Assembly: GCA_041645165.1 (NCBI GenBank)
Contig: JBAZQN010000002.1
Span: 53,388-117,387 of the forward strand
Direction: 5' to 3'
DNA from: Patescibacteria group bacterium
Lineage (GTDB): Bacteria > Patescibacteriota > Patescibacteriia > 2-02-FULL-49-11
Length of the DNA: 64,000 nucleotides
In this document: positions 45,018 to 55,715 of the stretch, piece after piece
Layout: the number at the start of each line of letters is the position of its first letter
Position numbering within the stretch: the first letter of the stretch is position 1
Program-made: the position numbers and the translations under genes
Notes under the pieces: generated by a model
What the model saw: the letters and a program-made list of their open reading frames with translations, nothing else
Database searches by the model: none
Told to the model about the DNA's origin: nothing

Positions 45018-46661
45018 ATGAGTATATCAAGCATCGCGCGGTATCTGTGGGCACAGTGGAAATATGTGTTTCTTATCAATCTTCTCTTGGTCGTCATAAT
45101 CAGCGCGCCGTATCTCTATGGGTATCTGCAGACGCCGCCGGGAGAAACGTATACGGGTCTCCATGCGCTCACTCCCGGTGATTTCAATGTGTATTATACG
45201 CAGATGCTGCAGGCGGGGCGGGGAGATATGGCGGAAAGAAATCTCTTTGCGGGGATTGACGGGGTAGGGAGTATCAGCATGGTGAATGCATTTTGGTATT
45301 GTTTAGGCGTGATCGCCCATGCCGCCGGTATGTCCACACCGTTGGCATTCCATCTTGCGCGGCTTGCGCTCATTCCGTTGTTGGTGTTCGTGCTTTATCA
45401 GTTATTGAAAATACTCGTGCCCTTTCGCGCGTTTTACGCAGCAGGCGCACTTACCTTTTTGGGTTCCGGCATCGGCTATCTCGCGCTTCCTTTTTTGAAA
45501 TCGCCTCCCCTCGTGGGGAGGTATGACTGGCCCCTTGATCTCTGGGTGCCGGAATCAAACACGTTTTTAACCCTTTACCATTCGCCTCATCTTTTGGCAT
45601 CGCTTATTTTATTTTTATTCGTGCTGTTATCCTTTTTGCGCGCATCCACTTCTCTCAAGCCTTTCTGGTGGCAGGTGAGCGGAGGATTGGCGGCGGCGGC
45701 GCTGTTTCATTTTCATCCATTCCACGCGGTGACGCTTGGCAGCATACTGCTTGTGTGGACAGTTATTATGGGACGAATATCTTGGCGCCGTTCGTGTGTG
45801 ACGCTTGCGGTTATGAGCGGCATTTCTCTGCCAAGCATTGCATGGCAGCTTATGCGCTTGCGGTCCGATTGGATTACCCAGGAGTGGGCAATGCAGAATG
45901 TGACCGCTACTCCCGCGCTCTGGGCGGTGCTTTTAGGATATGGATTGCTGATTCCCTTCGCGCTTGCAGGGGGAATATGGTATGCGCGCGTGCGGGACAA
46001 AGGAAGCGAGTCGCCCTCTCTTCACCCTCGCGCCGTATGGTTCTTGGGCGCATGGATCGCGGTGCAGTGCGCGCTTATAGGGAGCCCTTTGCCGTTTCAG
46101 CGGCGTTTGTTTGAAGGTTTACATGTGCCACTGGCGATGCTCGCGGGGATAGGGGTTGTCATTATTTTCAATGCAGGACTTTGGAAGAACACCTCCCGTA
46201 TCATTCGTTCTATGACACAGGTGGCATGCGGTATTCTTCTTACCTTTTCTACGGTAGGCACTATAAGCCGCGATGTGTCGCTTTATTCATCGCGTTTTCA
46301 GCTATTCTATCTGTCTGCGGCACAGAAAAATGTGTATCGTATTCTCATGCAGAGCCCTCTTGAGGGAATCGTGCTCGCGCCTGTCGATCAGGCGAGTTTC
46401 ATACCCGCATGGACCGGAAGGGCAGTATACGGGGGATCAGGCGCGCACAGCCCTGATGAGGCTCTGCGCCGAAGGTTGACTGATTGGTTTCTCACAGGGC
46501 AGGGAAGCCAAGAGGAGCGCATGCAATTTATACGGCGCGAAGATATTACTGACGTGGTTGTGATGTCGTCTGATGATAGGGATATTATCACGCTTTCCTC
46601 CGACCCCTTGCTCCGTACGGTTTTTATAGACCGTGGGATAGGATTATTTTCAATGCGTTAA
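45018..46661 (+). CDS. Polytopic membrane protein (GT-C-like / glycan polymerase-like), hypothetical
   Basis: About 12 TM helices and a large C-terminal extracytoplasmic domain. Confidence 0.4.
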   Translation: MSISSIARYLWAQWKYVFLINLLLVVIISAPYLYGYLQTPPGETYTGLHALTPGDFNVYYTQMLQAGRGDMAERNLFAGIDGVGSISMVNAFWYCLGVIAHAAGMSTPLAFHLARLALIPLLVFVLYQLLKILVPFRAFYAAGALTFLGSGIGYLALPFLKSPPLVGRYDWPLDLWVPESNTFLTLYHSPHLLASLILFLFVLLSFLRASTSLKPFWWQVSGGLAAAALFHFHPFHAVTLGSILLVWTVIMGRISWRRSCVTLAVMSGISLPSIAWQLMRLRSDWITQEWAMQNVTATPALWAVLLGYGLLIPFALAGGIWYARVRDKGSESPSLHPRAVWFLGAWIAVQCALIGSPLPFQRRLFEGLHVPLAMLAGIGVVIIFNAGLWKNTSRIIRSMTQVACGILLTFSTVGTISRDVSLYSSRFQLFYLSAAQKNVYRILMQSPLEGIVLAPVDQASFIPAWTGRAVYGGSGAHSPDEALRRRLTDWFLTGQGSQEERMQFIRREDITDVVVMSSDDRDIITLSSDPLLRTVFIDRGIGLFSMR

Positions 46662-46668
46662 TACATTT

Positions 46669-47970
46669 ATGAACTTTGATCATAACATGAAAAGGATGTT
46701 TAAAGTGGCGCCAGTATTAGTATTTATTGTGATTGGCATAATCATTGTGGTTTTTACGCCTCGTTCTTTGACGTGGCCCTCTTATCTCACCTTTACTACG
46801 CTTCAGAGCAAATTGAAGTATAATATGATTTTTGATGTGAGAGAATTAGACTATTACCGGGAGGAGGGATCGTGGTTCCGTCAAAATTATATTCCTTACG
46901 TTGATAAGCCTTTTGAATATCCCGCCCTCGCCACGCTCTTCTTTACCTTGCCCGCTCTTATGAATGAGAGTCGGGTCGGTTATCATGTGTGGTTTCATAT
47001 ATTTACCCTGTTCGCGGGAGTGGCGTTGTTGGTAGTGGTAAAGTATTCCATCCCGCATGAGCGGCGTGCGCTCCTTTTCCTCTTAATCGCTCCTTCAGTA
47101 TTATTCTATACATTTAATCGTTTTGATGTGCTCGCCGCGCTGTTTCTTCAGCTCTCTCTATTTCTGCTGTATCGCAAGCGTTGGCGATGGTCATTCGCGC
47201 TTTTTGCGGTATCAGTATTGATAAAATGGTATGCAGGGGTACTGTTTCCCATTTATCTCTTTGCGTTATTTGATACCGCCCATACCCTTGAAGAGCGACG
47301 GCGGGGATTTGCCGCTGTGTGTATAAGTATTGGTATCTTGGCATTAGGGCATATTTGGCCTGTCGCGTTTGGAGGGAATATCCTTACCATGGTGAATCCG
47401 TACGCGATTCATTTTGTCCGTTCGCCCGAAATAGGAAGTTTCATGTCCGTCCTTGCCGCGCCTTTTGGTATATTCTATACACCAGCGTATCAGATAGAAC
47501 CAGGGAGTCTCGATGGAATAACCGCAATCATTGTCGCGCTGTCTTCCTTACTGCAGTGGGCTGGCCTTGTGATTGTCATGATCATGCTTCTTCGCCGTCC
47601 TCGGCAATTGAACAGTTTGCCTGCATTAGCACACACGGCGCTGATTGCGGTAGGATGCTTTATCTTTTTTAACCGCGTATATTCTTTTCAATGGATTCTA
47701 TGGATTATTCCCCTGCTCATACTCACGCTTCCCTCACGCGCGACGATTCTGTGTTTTATCGCATTTGATGTGGTAAGCTATATACAGTCTCCCATATTGT
47801 ACGGCTCTTTTGACTATTTATCACATTTTATTATATTTCTCCTGCTTACTATTTTACGATCTATATTGCTTGGTGTAATTCTTTTGCCCTCATTCCGTTG
47901 GCTGTTAAGGAGTGAGTCATCGCTGTCAACTTCGCCCCCCATCACGGTTAATACGACTGTTTTACCTTAA
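46669..47970 (+). CDS. Polytopic membrane protein (GT87/DUF2029-like mannosyltransferase-like), hypothetical
   Basis: About 10 TM helices, in the same co-oriented cluster. Confidence 0.4.
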   Translation: MNFDHNMKRMFKVAPVLVFIVIGIIIVVFTPRSLTWPSYLTFTTLQSKLKYNMIFDVRELDYYREEGSWFRQNYIPYVDKPFEYPALATLFFTLPALMNESRVGYHVWFHIFTLFAGVALLVVVKYSIPHERRALLFLLIAPSVLFYTFNRFDVLAALFLQLSLFLLYRKRWRWSFALFAVSVLIKWYAGVLFPIYLFALFDTAHTLEERRRGFAAVCISIGILALGHIWPVAFGGNILTMVNPYAIHFVRSPEIGSFMSVLAAPFGIFYTPAYQIEPGSLDGITAIIVALSSLLQWAGLVIVMIMLLRRPRQLNSLPALAHTALIAVGCFIFFNRVYSFQWILWIIPLLILTLPSRATILCFIAFDVVSYIQSPILYGSFDYLSHFIIFLLLTILRSILLGVILLPSFRWLLRSESSLSTSPPITVNTTVLP

Positions 47971-47995
47971 ATTCAAATTGATTTTTTTTGAGACC

Positions 47996-48715
47996 ATGGC
48001 TATTCTTTCAGTTATCATTCCTGTATATAACGAAGTGCGCACGATACGTGAGGTGATACATCGTTGTTTAAGACAGCCTCTTCCTCATGGGTTAGACCGG
48101 GAAATAGTGGTGGTCGATGATGGCTCCACTGACGGCACTAAGGAAGTTTTGATTTCATTTCGCGAATCAGCGAAGGTGTGTATACATGAAAAAAATTATG
48201 GCAAGGGTGCGGCCGTGCGCACGGGGCTCGCGGAAGCGCGCGGTGATATTATTCTGATTCAAGACGCAGATTTTGAATACGATCCCGGCGAGTGGCCAAA
48301 GCTTTTGCAGCCGATTCTTGATGATGAAGCAGATATTGTGTATGGCTCGCGGTTCTCAAGCGGTGCGCATCGCGTGTTGTACTATTGGCATTTTGTGGGG
48401 AATAAATTGGTTACCCTTTGGTCAAACATATGGACTAACCTCAATCTTACTGATATGGAAACAGGCGCTAAAGTATTTCGAAGAGAGGTGGTTGAGGGTA
48501 TCAAATTCAGATCGAATCGTTTCGGGTTTGAACCGGAGTTTACCGCAAAGATCGCTCATAGAGGATGGCGCATCTACGAGGTGGGGATTTCCTATCGTGG
48601 TCGTAGTTATGCGGAAGGGAAAAAGATTACTTGGCGGGACGGTCTTGTCGCGCTCTGGCACATCTTCAGATGGAATATGGTTGCGATGTATGAGCGTAAG
48701 AGGAATATTTTTTAA
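47996..48715 (+). CDS. GT2-family glycosyltransferase (polyprenol-phosphate hexose synthase / DPM1-like), copy 1
   Basis: SVIIPVYNE, VVDDGSTDGT and QDADFEYDP (DxD) motifs. The start is at the internal ATG 47996. Confidence 0.8.
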   Translation: MAILSVIIPVYNEVRTIREVIHRCLRQPLPHGLDREIVVVDDGSTDGTKEVLISFRESAKVCIHEKNYGKGAAVRTGLAEARGDIILIQDADFEYDPGEWPKLLQPILDDEADIVYGSRFSSGAHRVLYYWHFVGNKLVTLWSNIWTNLNLTDMETGAKVFRREVVEGIKFRSNRFGFEPEFTAKIAHRGWRIYEVGISYRGRSYAEGKKITWRDGLVALWHIFRWNMVAMYERKRNIF

Positions 48716-48754
48716 AAGGACAAAACGGTTTCTAGGGATTTACGAATTTTTCCT

Positions 48755-50155
48755 ATGAAGGCGACTGCTTCACTATTATTTATTAGTAAGGAAACATGGA
48801 AGAAACAATTTCTCTATTTTATTCTTGCGATTGTGGTCATTATTAATCTCTTTACCGGTCTTTTCAACATTTACGGAGATGGCGTTGGTTATAATTTTCT
48901 CTATCAGCAGTTAAGGGAGAGAAATTGGTCATTCACCATATATCCTGAATCTCCGCCGCTCCCTAGTGAGTACATGTTTGTACCTGCGGGCAGCGGATGG
49001 TCCACATATTATCAGATCGGCGCACCACTCGTATGGGCATTCTTCGTCCCTCCTCTCACGCAGGTGCTCATGCCGCTTCTCACCATCATTTCACCCATTC
49101 CTTCTGTATGGTTAGATGGTCTCATAAGAGACGGAGTGGCCATACTTGCGCTTAATGCGATATTGGCATATGTCATCATGCGCCTGCTTATATATGTTTT
49201 GACGCGGGAGTTAAGCTTTTCTCTCCCTACGGCAGTGGCTGCGGTATTGCTTACTTACTTTGGTCTTCCTTCATGGGTGTATACATTTCAGGCGGTGGCT
49301 TATGCTCATACCGTGGAGCTTTTCTTTGTGACGTGCGCAGTCGCGGCTTATGTGAGGGCATACCGCACTCGTGTGCAATCCTGGCTTTTGGCGGGGAGCG
49401 TATGCGTGGGGTTTGCGGGTATTACCCGGATTGATGCACTCATATATTTGCTGCCATTCGCAGGGGTGGCGCTTGTCATATTCCCCTCGAAAATGCGCGC
49501 ACTTATCTCAACGACCGCGCCCGCGCTTGCGATAAGCGCGCTTCAAGTTCTCGTGTGGTGGATGATATTTAGGACACTGTTACCGAGTAAGGGTTACACG
49601 ATGGAGAGCCTCCAATTTCCTGGCAGGTTTGCGTGGGAAGTATTATTTAGTTCAGTGCGCGGATTTTTTGTCTGGTCGCCGATTGCCCTATTTGGGGTTG
49701 TCGGATTACTAAGCAACCTTCGCAAAAAGATATCGCGAAGGCATATCGCGGTTATTGGGGTGAGCAGTATTATTTTGTATGCGCTTTTTTATGGATCGTG
49801 GTATATGTGGTGGGGTGGAGATTCGGTCGGCCAGAGATTCCTCATACCATTGTTGCCATTTATTGCCTTTGGAGTTGCCCAATACCTTCATGATATATGT
49901 GCGTATCCTGTGCTCCTGCGCGCGGGGGGGAGGCTTGTGGTGGTTCTCGCCTCGCTCTTCTATTTCTCACTTGCGCTTATCTATCCATTAGTAGACCGAC
50001 CGGGGAGCACAGAAGAATATACCACTCCGATGACGCTTTATCGTAATGCGTCAGTGGAATATGGTTTCCCTAGTCTTTCTTCATGGCAGCCTCTCCTACG
50101 GGATTCGCTATGGTTTGGCCCGCGTCTCACTCATCTCCTCTATTATCAGAAATGA
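48755..50155 (+). CDS. Polytopic membrane protein (GT-C-like), hypothetical
   Basis: About 12 TM helices, in the same cluster. Confidence 0.4.
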   Translation: MKATASLLFISKETWKKQFLYFILAIVVIINLFTGLFNIYGDGVGYNFLYQQLRERNWSFTIYPESPPLPSEYMFVPAGSGWSTYYQIGAPLVWAFFVPPLTQVLMPLLTIISPIPSVWLDGLIRDGVAILALNAILAYVIMRLLIYVLTRELSFSLPTAVAAVLLTYFGLPSWVYTFQAVAYAHTVELFFVTCAVAAYVRAYRTRVQSWLLAGSVCVGFAGITRIDALIYLLPFAGVALVIFPSKMRALISTTAPALAISALQVLVWWMIFRTLLPSKGYTMESLQFPGRFAWEVLFSSVRGFFVWSPIALFGVVGLLSNLRKKISRRHIAVIGVSSIILYALFYGSWYMWWGGDSVGQRFLIPLLPFIAFGVAQYLHDICAYPVLLRAGGRLVVVLASLFYFSLALIYPLVDRPGSTEEYTTPMTLYRNASVEYGFPSLSSWQPLLRDSLWFGPRLTHLLYYQK

Positions 50156-50168
50156 TTTTTTCATTTTT

Positions 50169-50762
50169 ATGACTGCGCAACGCACAAGAGGGTTTGGAGT
50201 ATTTGAGAACCTATTAAGTCGCCGTCGCGCGCGTGAAGCGCGTCGTCTGTTGCAGACCGCACCTTCACGCCATCGTATCCTTGATATCGGCTGCGGGCAG
50301 TATGGCGCATTCTTAAGAAGTGTTTCGTTTCAGGAGAAATTTGGCGTGGATAAGTTGCCTCCGATAATCAATAATGATAATAATATTACGTATTGCCAGC
50401 ATGATGTGGTGCGCAATACTATCCTTCCCTTCCCCAAAGATTTTTTTAACGCGATAACCTTGCTTGCCGTTATTGAACATATTGATATATATTCTGCGCG
50501 AGCGTTGCTACATGAGATATACCGTATTCTTAAGCCTCAAGGAGTGGCGGTAATCACCACGCCTGCGGTCGGCACAGGAAATATTTTAAACATACTAGCT
50601 CATACTCGCCTATTAAGCAATATAGAGATCAAGGAGCATGTGCATGAGTATGGCAGTATGGAATTGCAGCTTATGTTGGTTGACGCCCGTTTTCCTAAGG
50701 ATGGCATAGTCTACGGCAGATTTGAGTGCAGACTCAATCAATGGGTGCGGGCTATTAAATGA
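50169..50762 (+). CDS. Class I SAM-dependent methyltransferase
   Basis: ILDIGCGQYGAF (motif I) and LKPQGVAVITTP (post-I). The start is at the internal Met. Confidence 0.7.
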   Translation: MTAQRTRGFGVFENLLSRRRAREARRLLQTAPSRHRILDIGCGQYGAFLRSVSFQEKFGVDKLPPIINNDNNITYCQHDVVRNTILPFPKDFFNAITLLAVIEHIDIYSARALLHEIYRILKPQGVAVITTPAVGTGNILNILAHTRLLSNIEIKEHVHEYGSMELQLMLVDARFPKDGIVYGRFECRLNQWVRAIK

Positions 50763-50771
50763 TAAATTATT

Positions 50772-51479
50772 ATGTCTATTACTATCGTGATCCCAACTTA
50801 TAATGAGCGTGAGAATATTGAAATACTTATTTCTCGAATTGCGGCGCTCCATATTCCCGAGGCGAACATCATTGTGGTGGATGACGCGTCGCCGGACGGG
50901 ACTGGCGCGGTAGTGACATCCTTACATGAAACGTACCCCTTTGTTTCGCTGATCGCGCGCAATGGGAAAAGGGGTTTGGGGAGCGCGTATGTGGAAGGCT
51001 TTACGCGGGCGCTCGCGCAAGGCGCAGATATCATCATTGAAATGGATGCAGATCTTTCGCATGCGCCAGAGGACATTCCGCGCTTATTAAGCGCGATTGA
51101 TGAAGGGGCAGATGTCGCGATCGGGTCGCGGCGGGTGCCTGGTGGCCAGATCGTCGGATGGCATTGGCGGCGGCACTTGGCGAGTACCTGCGCGACGTGG
51201 CTTTCGAGAGCGCTTCTTGGATTCAGCACTCGTGATATTACGAGCGGTTTCCGCGCATTTCGCCGCTCTGCGCTTATCGCGATTCACTTTGCCGATGTGC
51301 GGTCGGATGGTTATGCATTTCAGGAAGAAATGCTTTTGCGCTGCGAACGCGGGAAATTTATTATCACAGAAATCCCCGTGGTTTTTACGGACCGGGTAAG
51401 AGGCGAATCGAAGCTTGGTGTTCGTGAAGTAATTTCTTTCTTTATTACCCTCATGCGCTTATGGATACATCGCCATTGA
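50772..51479 (+). CDS. GT2-family polyprenol-phosphate mannose synthase-like glycosyltransferase, copy 2
   Basis: IVIPTYNEREN, VVDDASPDGT and EMDADLSHAPED motifs. Confidence 0.8.
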   Translation: MSITIVIPTYNERENIEILISRIAALHIPEANIIVVDDASPDGTGAVVTSLHETYPFVSLIARNGKRGLGSAYVEGFTRALAQGADIIIEMDADLSHAPEDIPRLLSAIDEGADVAIGSRRVPGGQIVGWHWRRHLASTCATWLSRALLGFSTRDITSGFRAFRRSALIAIHFADVRSDGYAFQEEMLLRCERGKFIITEIPVVFTDRVRGESKLGVREVISFFITLMRLWIHRH

Positions 51480-53143
51480 ATGGATCAAAATATTTTACCC
51501 CGTTACCAGAAAGCTACGATGGTAAGACCGTAGTAGATGAATGGGTATCAATCCCGAAGGGGCATAATAACCAAAGTTATGAGGGTGAGCCCATGGTAAC
51601 GGGGTTTAAGCGCGGGTTAGTGCTCGTCACTGCGCTTGGCGTGCTCTTGCGCGTGATTGCCGTGGTGAGCAATGGGCGTTTCTGGTTTGATGAAATTATC
51701 ACCGTGGCTATAGCCAGAAAGCCCTTGCATGAAATGTGGGCATATCTTGCCGTGGAGAATCATCCGCCTTTGCACTATTATCTCGTCCATGGGTGGATTG
51801 CTCTTTTTGGACCGGGGGAGGTTGCAGTGAAGCTTTCCTCGGTGCTCGCGGGCGCCGCAGGGATTGTCGTGACAGGTATATTTGCGAGACGATTGTTCGG
51901 TGTGCGCACAGGCTTAATTGCAGCAGGACTTACCGCTCTAAGCACGTTTCAGATTTTCTTTTCCTCTGAAGTGCGGATGTATGCATGGCTCTATTTATTT
52001 GGCGTGGTCTCATTGATGTCGTTCTGGGAGATTATCCGCTCTTCGTCGTGGAAATGGCATGTCGTATGGATGGTCTCCACTATTGCCGCGCTCTATACTC
52101 ATTTGGGGGGCGTGTTCGTGCTGGTAGTCGAAGTCGCTTTTAGTGTGGCCTATTCACTGTACGTACGCGCTCAAGCAAGGAAAGGAATGCGTAATAAATA
52201 CCAAATGCCGTCAGTACCCCTCCGTACAGTTGTGTTCATGATGGTGGTAGTGTGTCTCGCGTGGCTGCCGTGGATTATAGTGTTTGTGCGAGAGAAGATG
52301 CAGACATTTAATCGGAATGCATGGTATTTTTGGATTGAGCCTGCTAATCCTTTCCCCATGGAAGCGCTGCGGCAATTTTTCTTTTTTGATAATTATTCTG
52401 ATTTTATTGAATTATGCGGCTGGATATTCATTGTAACAGTATTTACCATTGCGCTCTTATCGATCCGTCGTACCAATGAGCGCAAATATACTGTACAATT
52501 TTCAATGGATCTCCCCACCATATATGCGATGGTTATATTTATCTTTCCCGTCTTTATTGGTTTTTTTACCAATGTATTAGTGGTGAAAGTATATATTATC
52601 GCGGGGGCGGGAGCATATCTTTTGGCGAGCAAAGGCCTAAGCCGTATTCACGTTCCTAAATCGTTTCCTCCCTTTCTCTTTCCGCTTATGCTCATCGTAT
52701 TCTTTATCGCTTCGGACATGGGAGTACTTTTGGAGGTGAGACCCGCATGGAAAAATGTGGGAGGTTATCTTGAGACGAACGAAAGACAGGCTGATGCCAT
52801 TGTGATCCTCTCTCATAGTTATGAAGTTGCCCTTCGCTATTATTATCACGGCACGATGCCGGTATTGCCATTTTATCCTCTCCCTGATGATACGCATGGC
52901 GATACGCTCCTGCGTGCAGTGCGGAGGAATTGGTATACGATCCTCACGAAGGAAAATGTGGGGATGCTTAATAATCTCGTAGAGGGACGAAAACGGATTT
53001 TTGTTGTGTTGGTGGGTAATTTTAATAAAGTGGAGCGGATTGCGCCCGAATGGTTCTTCTCGCACGGGTGGCAGCTGCGCTCTGTCGAACGTTGGGAAGA
53101 CTATATGGTCAATCCGGAGGTGATGTTGTTGGAGAAGCTGTGA
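51461..53143 (+). CDS. GT-C (GT39/GT83, ArnT/PMT-like) polyprenol-phosphate-sugar-dependent membrane glycosyltransferase
   Basis: N-terminal TM then a FWFDEIITVAIARKP loop (DE motif), more than 11 TM helices, and a C-terminal soluble domain. Confidence 0.5.
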   Translation: MDTSPLNGSKYFTPLPESYDGKTVVDEWVSIPKGHNNQSYEGEPMVTGFKRGLVLVTALGVLLRVIAVVSNGRFWFDEIITVAIARKPLHEMWAYLAVENHPPLHYYLVHGWIALFGPGEVAVKLSSVLAGAAGIVVTGIFARRLFGVRTGLIAAGLTALSTFQIFFSSEVRMYAWLYLFGVVSLMSFWEIIRSSSWKWHVVWMVSTIAALYTHLGGVFVLVVEVAFSVAYSLYVRAQARKGMRNKYQMPSVPLRTVVFMMVVVCLAWLPWIIVFVREKMQTFNRNAWYFWIEPANPFPMEALRQFFFFDNYSDFIELCGWIFIVTVFTIALLSIRRTNERKYTVQFSMDLPTIYAMVIFIFPVFIGFFTNVLVVKVYIIAGAGAYLLASKGLSRIHVPKSFPPFLFPLMLIVFFIASDMGVLLEVRPAWKNVGGYLETNERQADAIVILSHSYEVALRYYYHGTMPVLPFYPLPDDTHGDTLLRAVRRNWYTILTKENVGMLNNLVEGRKRIFVVLVGNFNKVERIAPEWFFSHGWQLRSVERWEDYMVNPEVMLLEKL

Positions 53144-53343
53144 ACGGTGAGGGGGTAAGGTTTATGATGCTAGTACCGTAACAATTAAGTTTCGCAACAT
53201 GCATAGTGCCAAATCTCCCTGTAAATACTGCTCAAAACGCGCCAGTGATATGGCATAATTAAATTGTTACGGCACTAGTTTCGTGAGACGGTTACGGTAA
53301 AGTACGTGACGAGTAATTACATCCATTGATGAAACGGGCATCC

Positions 53344-55281
53344 TTACCTTAACCAGTTATCCACAACAAGGTTTACGCTTCCTAACCTGTCCAGTTCGAG
53401 CCCCCCGCGCACATTCGTAAAGTCCTCTATTTCAAAGCTGAACGGGGGATTTTTTTTAGGTTTTTTTATTTCAGAACGGAAAAATAGTGCCGAGGTACCC
53501 TCTTGTTGCATGAGGGAATAGCCGCCTTCATCGAGCAGCTGGCGGAAACGTGCTTTCATGAGCGCGGCATAGGGCTGTGTCCAAGCAATCGAGTGTGCTT
53601 GCACCAAATCTGCCTTTACATCCATTTCATCAAGCACGAGATAGTCAGGGTATGCAGCGGGCGGGTACGGCGCAGCAGCGTATTGCTGGACGCCAAGGAG
53701 CGTGAGTGGGAGGAGGGTAAGGCCGCGGCGGGAAGAAAGGGGGGCAAGAAATTGGTCAGTGGAAGCCACGGTGGCATGCGGGGGTATGGAGGCAAGGATT
53801 TCTTTTTGCGGCGTCACGTTTGTGTGGGCACTTATCGCATATGCTGCGGGGATCAATGGCCCAAACGAGAGCATTGAGCCAACAGCGGCAGTCATCACGC
53901 ACACTAACAATATAGTTTTATCTTTTAAGAACTCGTTTGCATATACTACGATCGTAGAATAGACAAACGAGTGTTTTTTTTCAAATTGCGCGTGCGGTGT
54001 GTATGTAGTGAGAAAGGGGATAAACGCAAGAAATATCCCGGGAAGCAGCAGCAGACCGTAGTGCGTCTGCCAGATGAGCGCGCCGCCGCCTGCGGAAGAG
54101 AGGGTTATTGCCGCGAGCGGGGGGAGCGCGAGGAGGAGCCACTTTGGTTTTAAAAGCGGCAGAAAAATGAGCGGTAATAGAAGCCCTAGGAGCATTTCGA
54201 GATTTTGAAAGCTAAGGATATGGGCAATAACTCCTTTTGTGACAGCGCCCAAAGAGCCAAGCTGCGGAATCCATTCATAATAAATGCGGAATTGATATCC
54301 AAGGGAGGGGGAAAAATGGGAAATAATGCGCTGCGCGAGGAAGAACCAGGCGGCGCTGAGACATATTATGAAGGATGGAACCCATAAGTTCGCAGCGGGT
54401 TGTCGGTGGGGGTAACACGCATCGGCCGCCCCTGTGAGTCGTCCGTGCTCCGCCTCGCCCTCGCTCGTCCCGCGCGGCGGGACACCATGCCCGCTCGGGC
54501 TACGGAGGGTTCCCCCACCGCCAACCCTCACTTTAAGAGAAGCGCCAAGCCATATAAAACCTAAGAAAAGCGTGATAAGGGACACATCCTCGCGCACGGA
54601 AAGGGAGAGGAGGAGGAAGAGGGTGAAGAGTGTACAGTTATTCAGTCGGTCAGTCCTCAGTTTATCGGTTTTCGATTCTTTGATTTTTTGCCAGTAGTAA
54701 AAAAGAAAGAAAAGGAATAAGGGCGCGAAGGAGAGGGAGTGGAATTCGAAAAGGTTGGCGTTCTGCACGGCAGGGTGAAGCAACCAGAGCGTTCCGACCG
54801 CAGTCGGCAGCCAGTTTTTCAGTTTTTCTGTTATCGGTTTATCAGTTTTTTGATTTTCCGATTCATCAACTCTATGACTCTGTGACTTAATGACTTTTTG
54901 GCTTATTAGAAAAAGCGGCCATGCGGCAAGCGCCAGCGCAAGTGTCTGGAGTACCAGCAGCATCCTCGGATCGGGAAAGAGCGCATACAGGGGCGCAATG
55001 AGGAAGAGTATTGGTTCAAAGTGGTCGCCTAAGTAATTGTGGCCTTGGATGGAGGAGTAGAGTTTATCAGTTATTCGGTTAATCAATTTATCAGTTTTAG
55101 GAATTACAATATTGTCACCCTGAGCCTGACGAAGGATGGATCCCTTGTTTGAAAGCTGCCAAGTGACTTGATTATAAATCGCCAAATCCCGCGCATTATA
55201 GCGCAACTGGCTATATTTCCAGAGCGAAATGCCGGAGAAGATGAGGATGTAGAGAATAATGCCGCTCGCGAGCACGCGCAT
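53344..55281 (-). CDS. Polytopic membrane protein (DUF2079/GT-C-like) with degenerate Lys/Asp-rich loop repeats
   Basis: About 14 TM helices. DNA-level short repeats (tttatcggtt / ttatcagtt) encode the DKLINRITDKL-type loops. Confidence 0.4.
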   Translation of the reverse strand: MRVLASGIILYILIFSGISLWKYSQLRYNARDLAIYNQVTWQLSNKGSILRQAQGDNIVIPKTDKLINRITDKLYSSIQGHNYLGDHFEPILFLIAPLYALFPDPRMLLVLQTLALALAAWPLFLISQKVIKSQSHRVDESENQKTDKPITEKLKNWLPTAVGTLWLLHPAVQNANLFEFHSLSFAPLFLFFLFYYWQKIKESKTDKLRTDRLNNCTLFTLFLLLSLSVREDVSLITLFLGFIWLGASLKVRVGGGGTLRSPSGHGVPPRGTSEGEAEHGRLTGAADACYPHRQPAANLWVPSFIICLSAAWFFLAQRIISHFSPSLGYQFRIYYEWIPQLGSLGAVTKGVIAHILSFQNLEMLLGLLLPLIFLPLLKPKWLLLALPPLAAITLSSAGGGALIWQTHYGLLLLPGIFLAFIPFLTTYTPHAQFEKKHSFVYSTIVVYANEFLKDKTILLVCVMTAAVGSMLSFGPLIPAAYAISAHTNVTPQKEILASIPPHATVASTDQFLAPLSSRRGLTLLPLTLLGVQQYAAAPYPPAAYPDYLVLDEMDVKADLVQAHSIAWTQPYAALMKARFRQLLDEGGYSLMQQEGTSALFFRSEIKKPKKNPPFSFEIEDFTNVRGGLELDRLGSVNLVVDNWLR

Positions 55282-55286
55282 GGGAG

Positions 55287-55707
55287 CTATGAGAGTTCAA
55301 GGTATTGTTGCGGCGTGAGGGCACGCACGAGGTGTGCACTCTGGACAATCATTTGTTGGTCAAGGGTGATGAGTGTGGCGCTGGTCCATTGGGCGGCGCG
55401 CACCATAACGGCGTCGCTTGTTTTGAGCGCGAGGGGGCTTGTGCGCGTTGCGGCGATGAAGCGCCGTACGAACTCCTCATCGAGCGGGAGAATACGGAAA
55501 TCGGCAACATAGGCTTCGAAATCAGACACGCGCGCCAGCGCATCGTGGCGGGCGAGTGCGGTGACCGTTTCCATGACGGCAAGCGAGGGGACCGTCACGC
55601 GGTCGCCGCGCGCACGGATGCCACAAACATATCGCGCACGCGCTCCGCGTGCGCGTCATGCGCATGGAACATCGCGACGAGGACGGATGTATCAAGGGCG
55701 ATCAGCA
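55287..55707 (-). pseudogene. vapC: vapC (PIN-domain toxin) disrupted by a frameshift
   Basis: Minus-strand ATG at 55707 encodes MLIALDTSVLVAMFHAHDAHAERVRDMFVASVRAATA, the canonical PIN N-terminus, then hits TGA at about 55597. The remainder of the PIN domain (103-aa ORF) continues in the -1 frame. The total is about 139 aa if fused. Confidence 0.55.
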
Positions 55708-55715
55708 TACTATGT

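Noticed and set aside
53503-54697. Plus-strand ORFs of 60-124 aa within the 645-aa membrane protein gene
   Set aside because: They are antisense to a long ORF with a consistent TM periodicity, and their Arg/Gly-rich translations are typical antisense artefacts.
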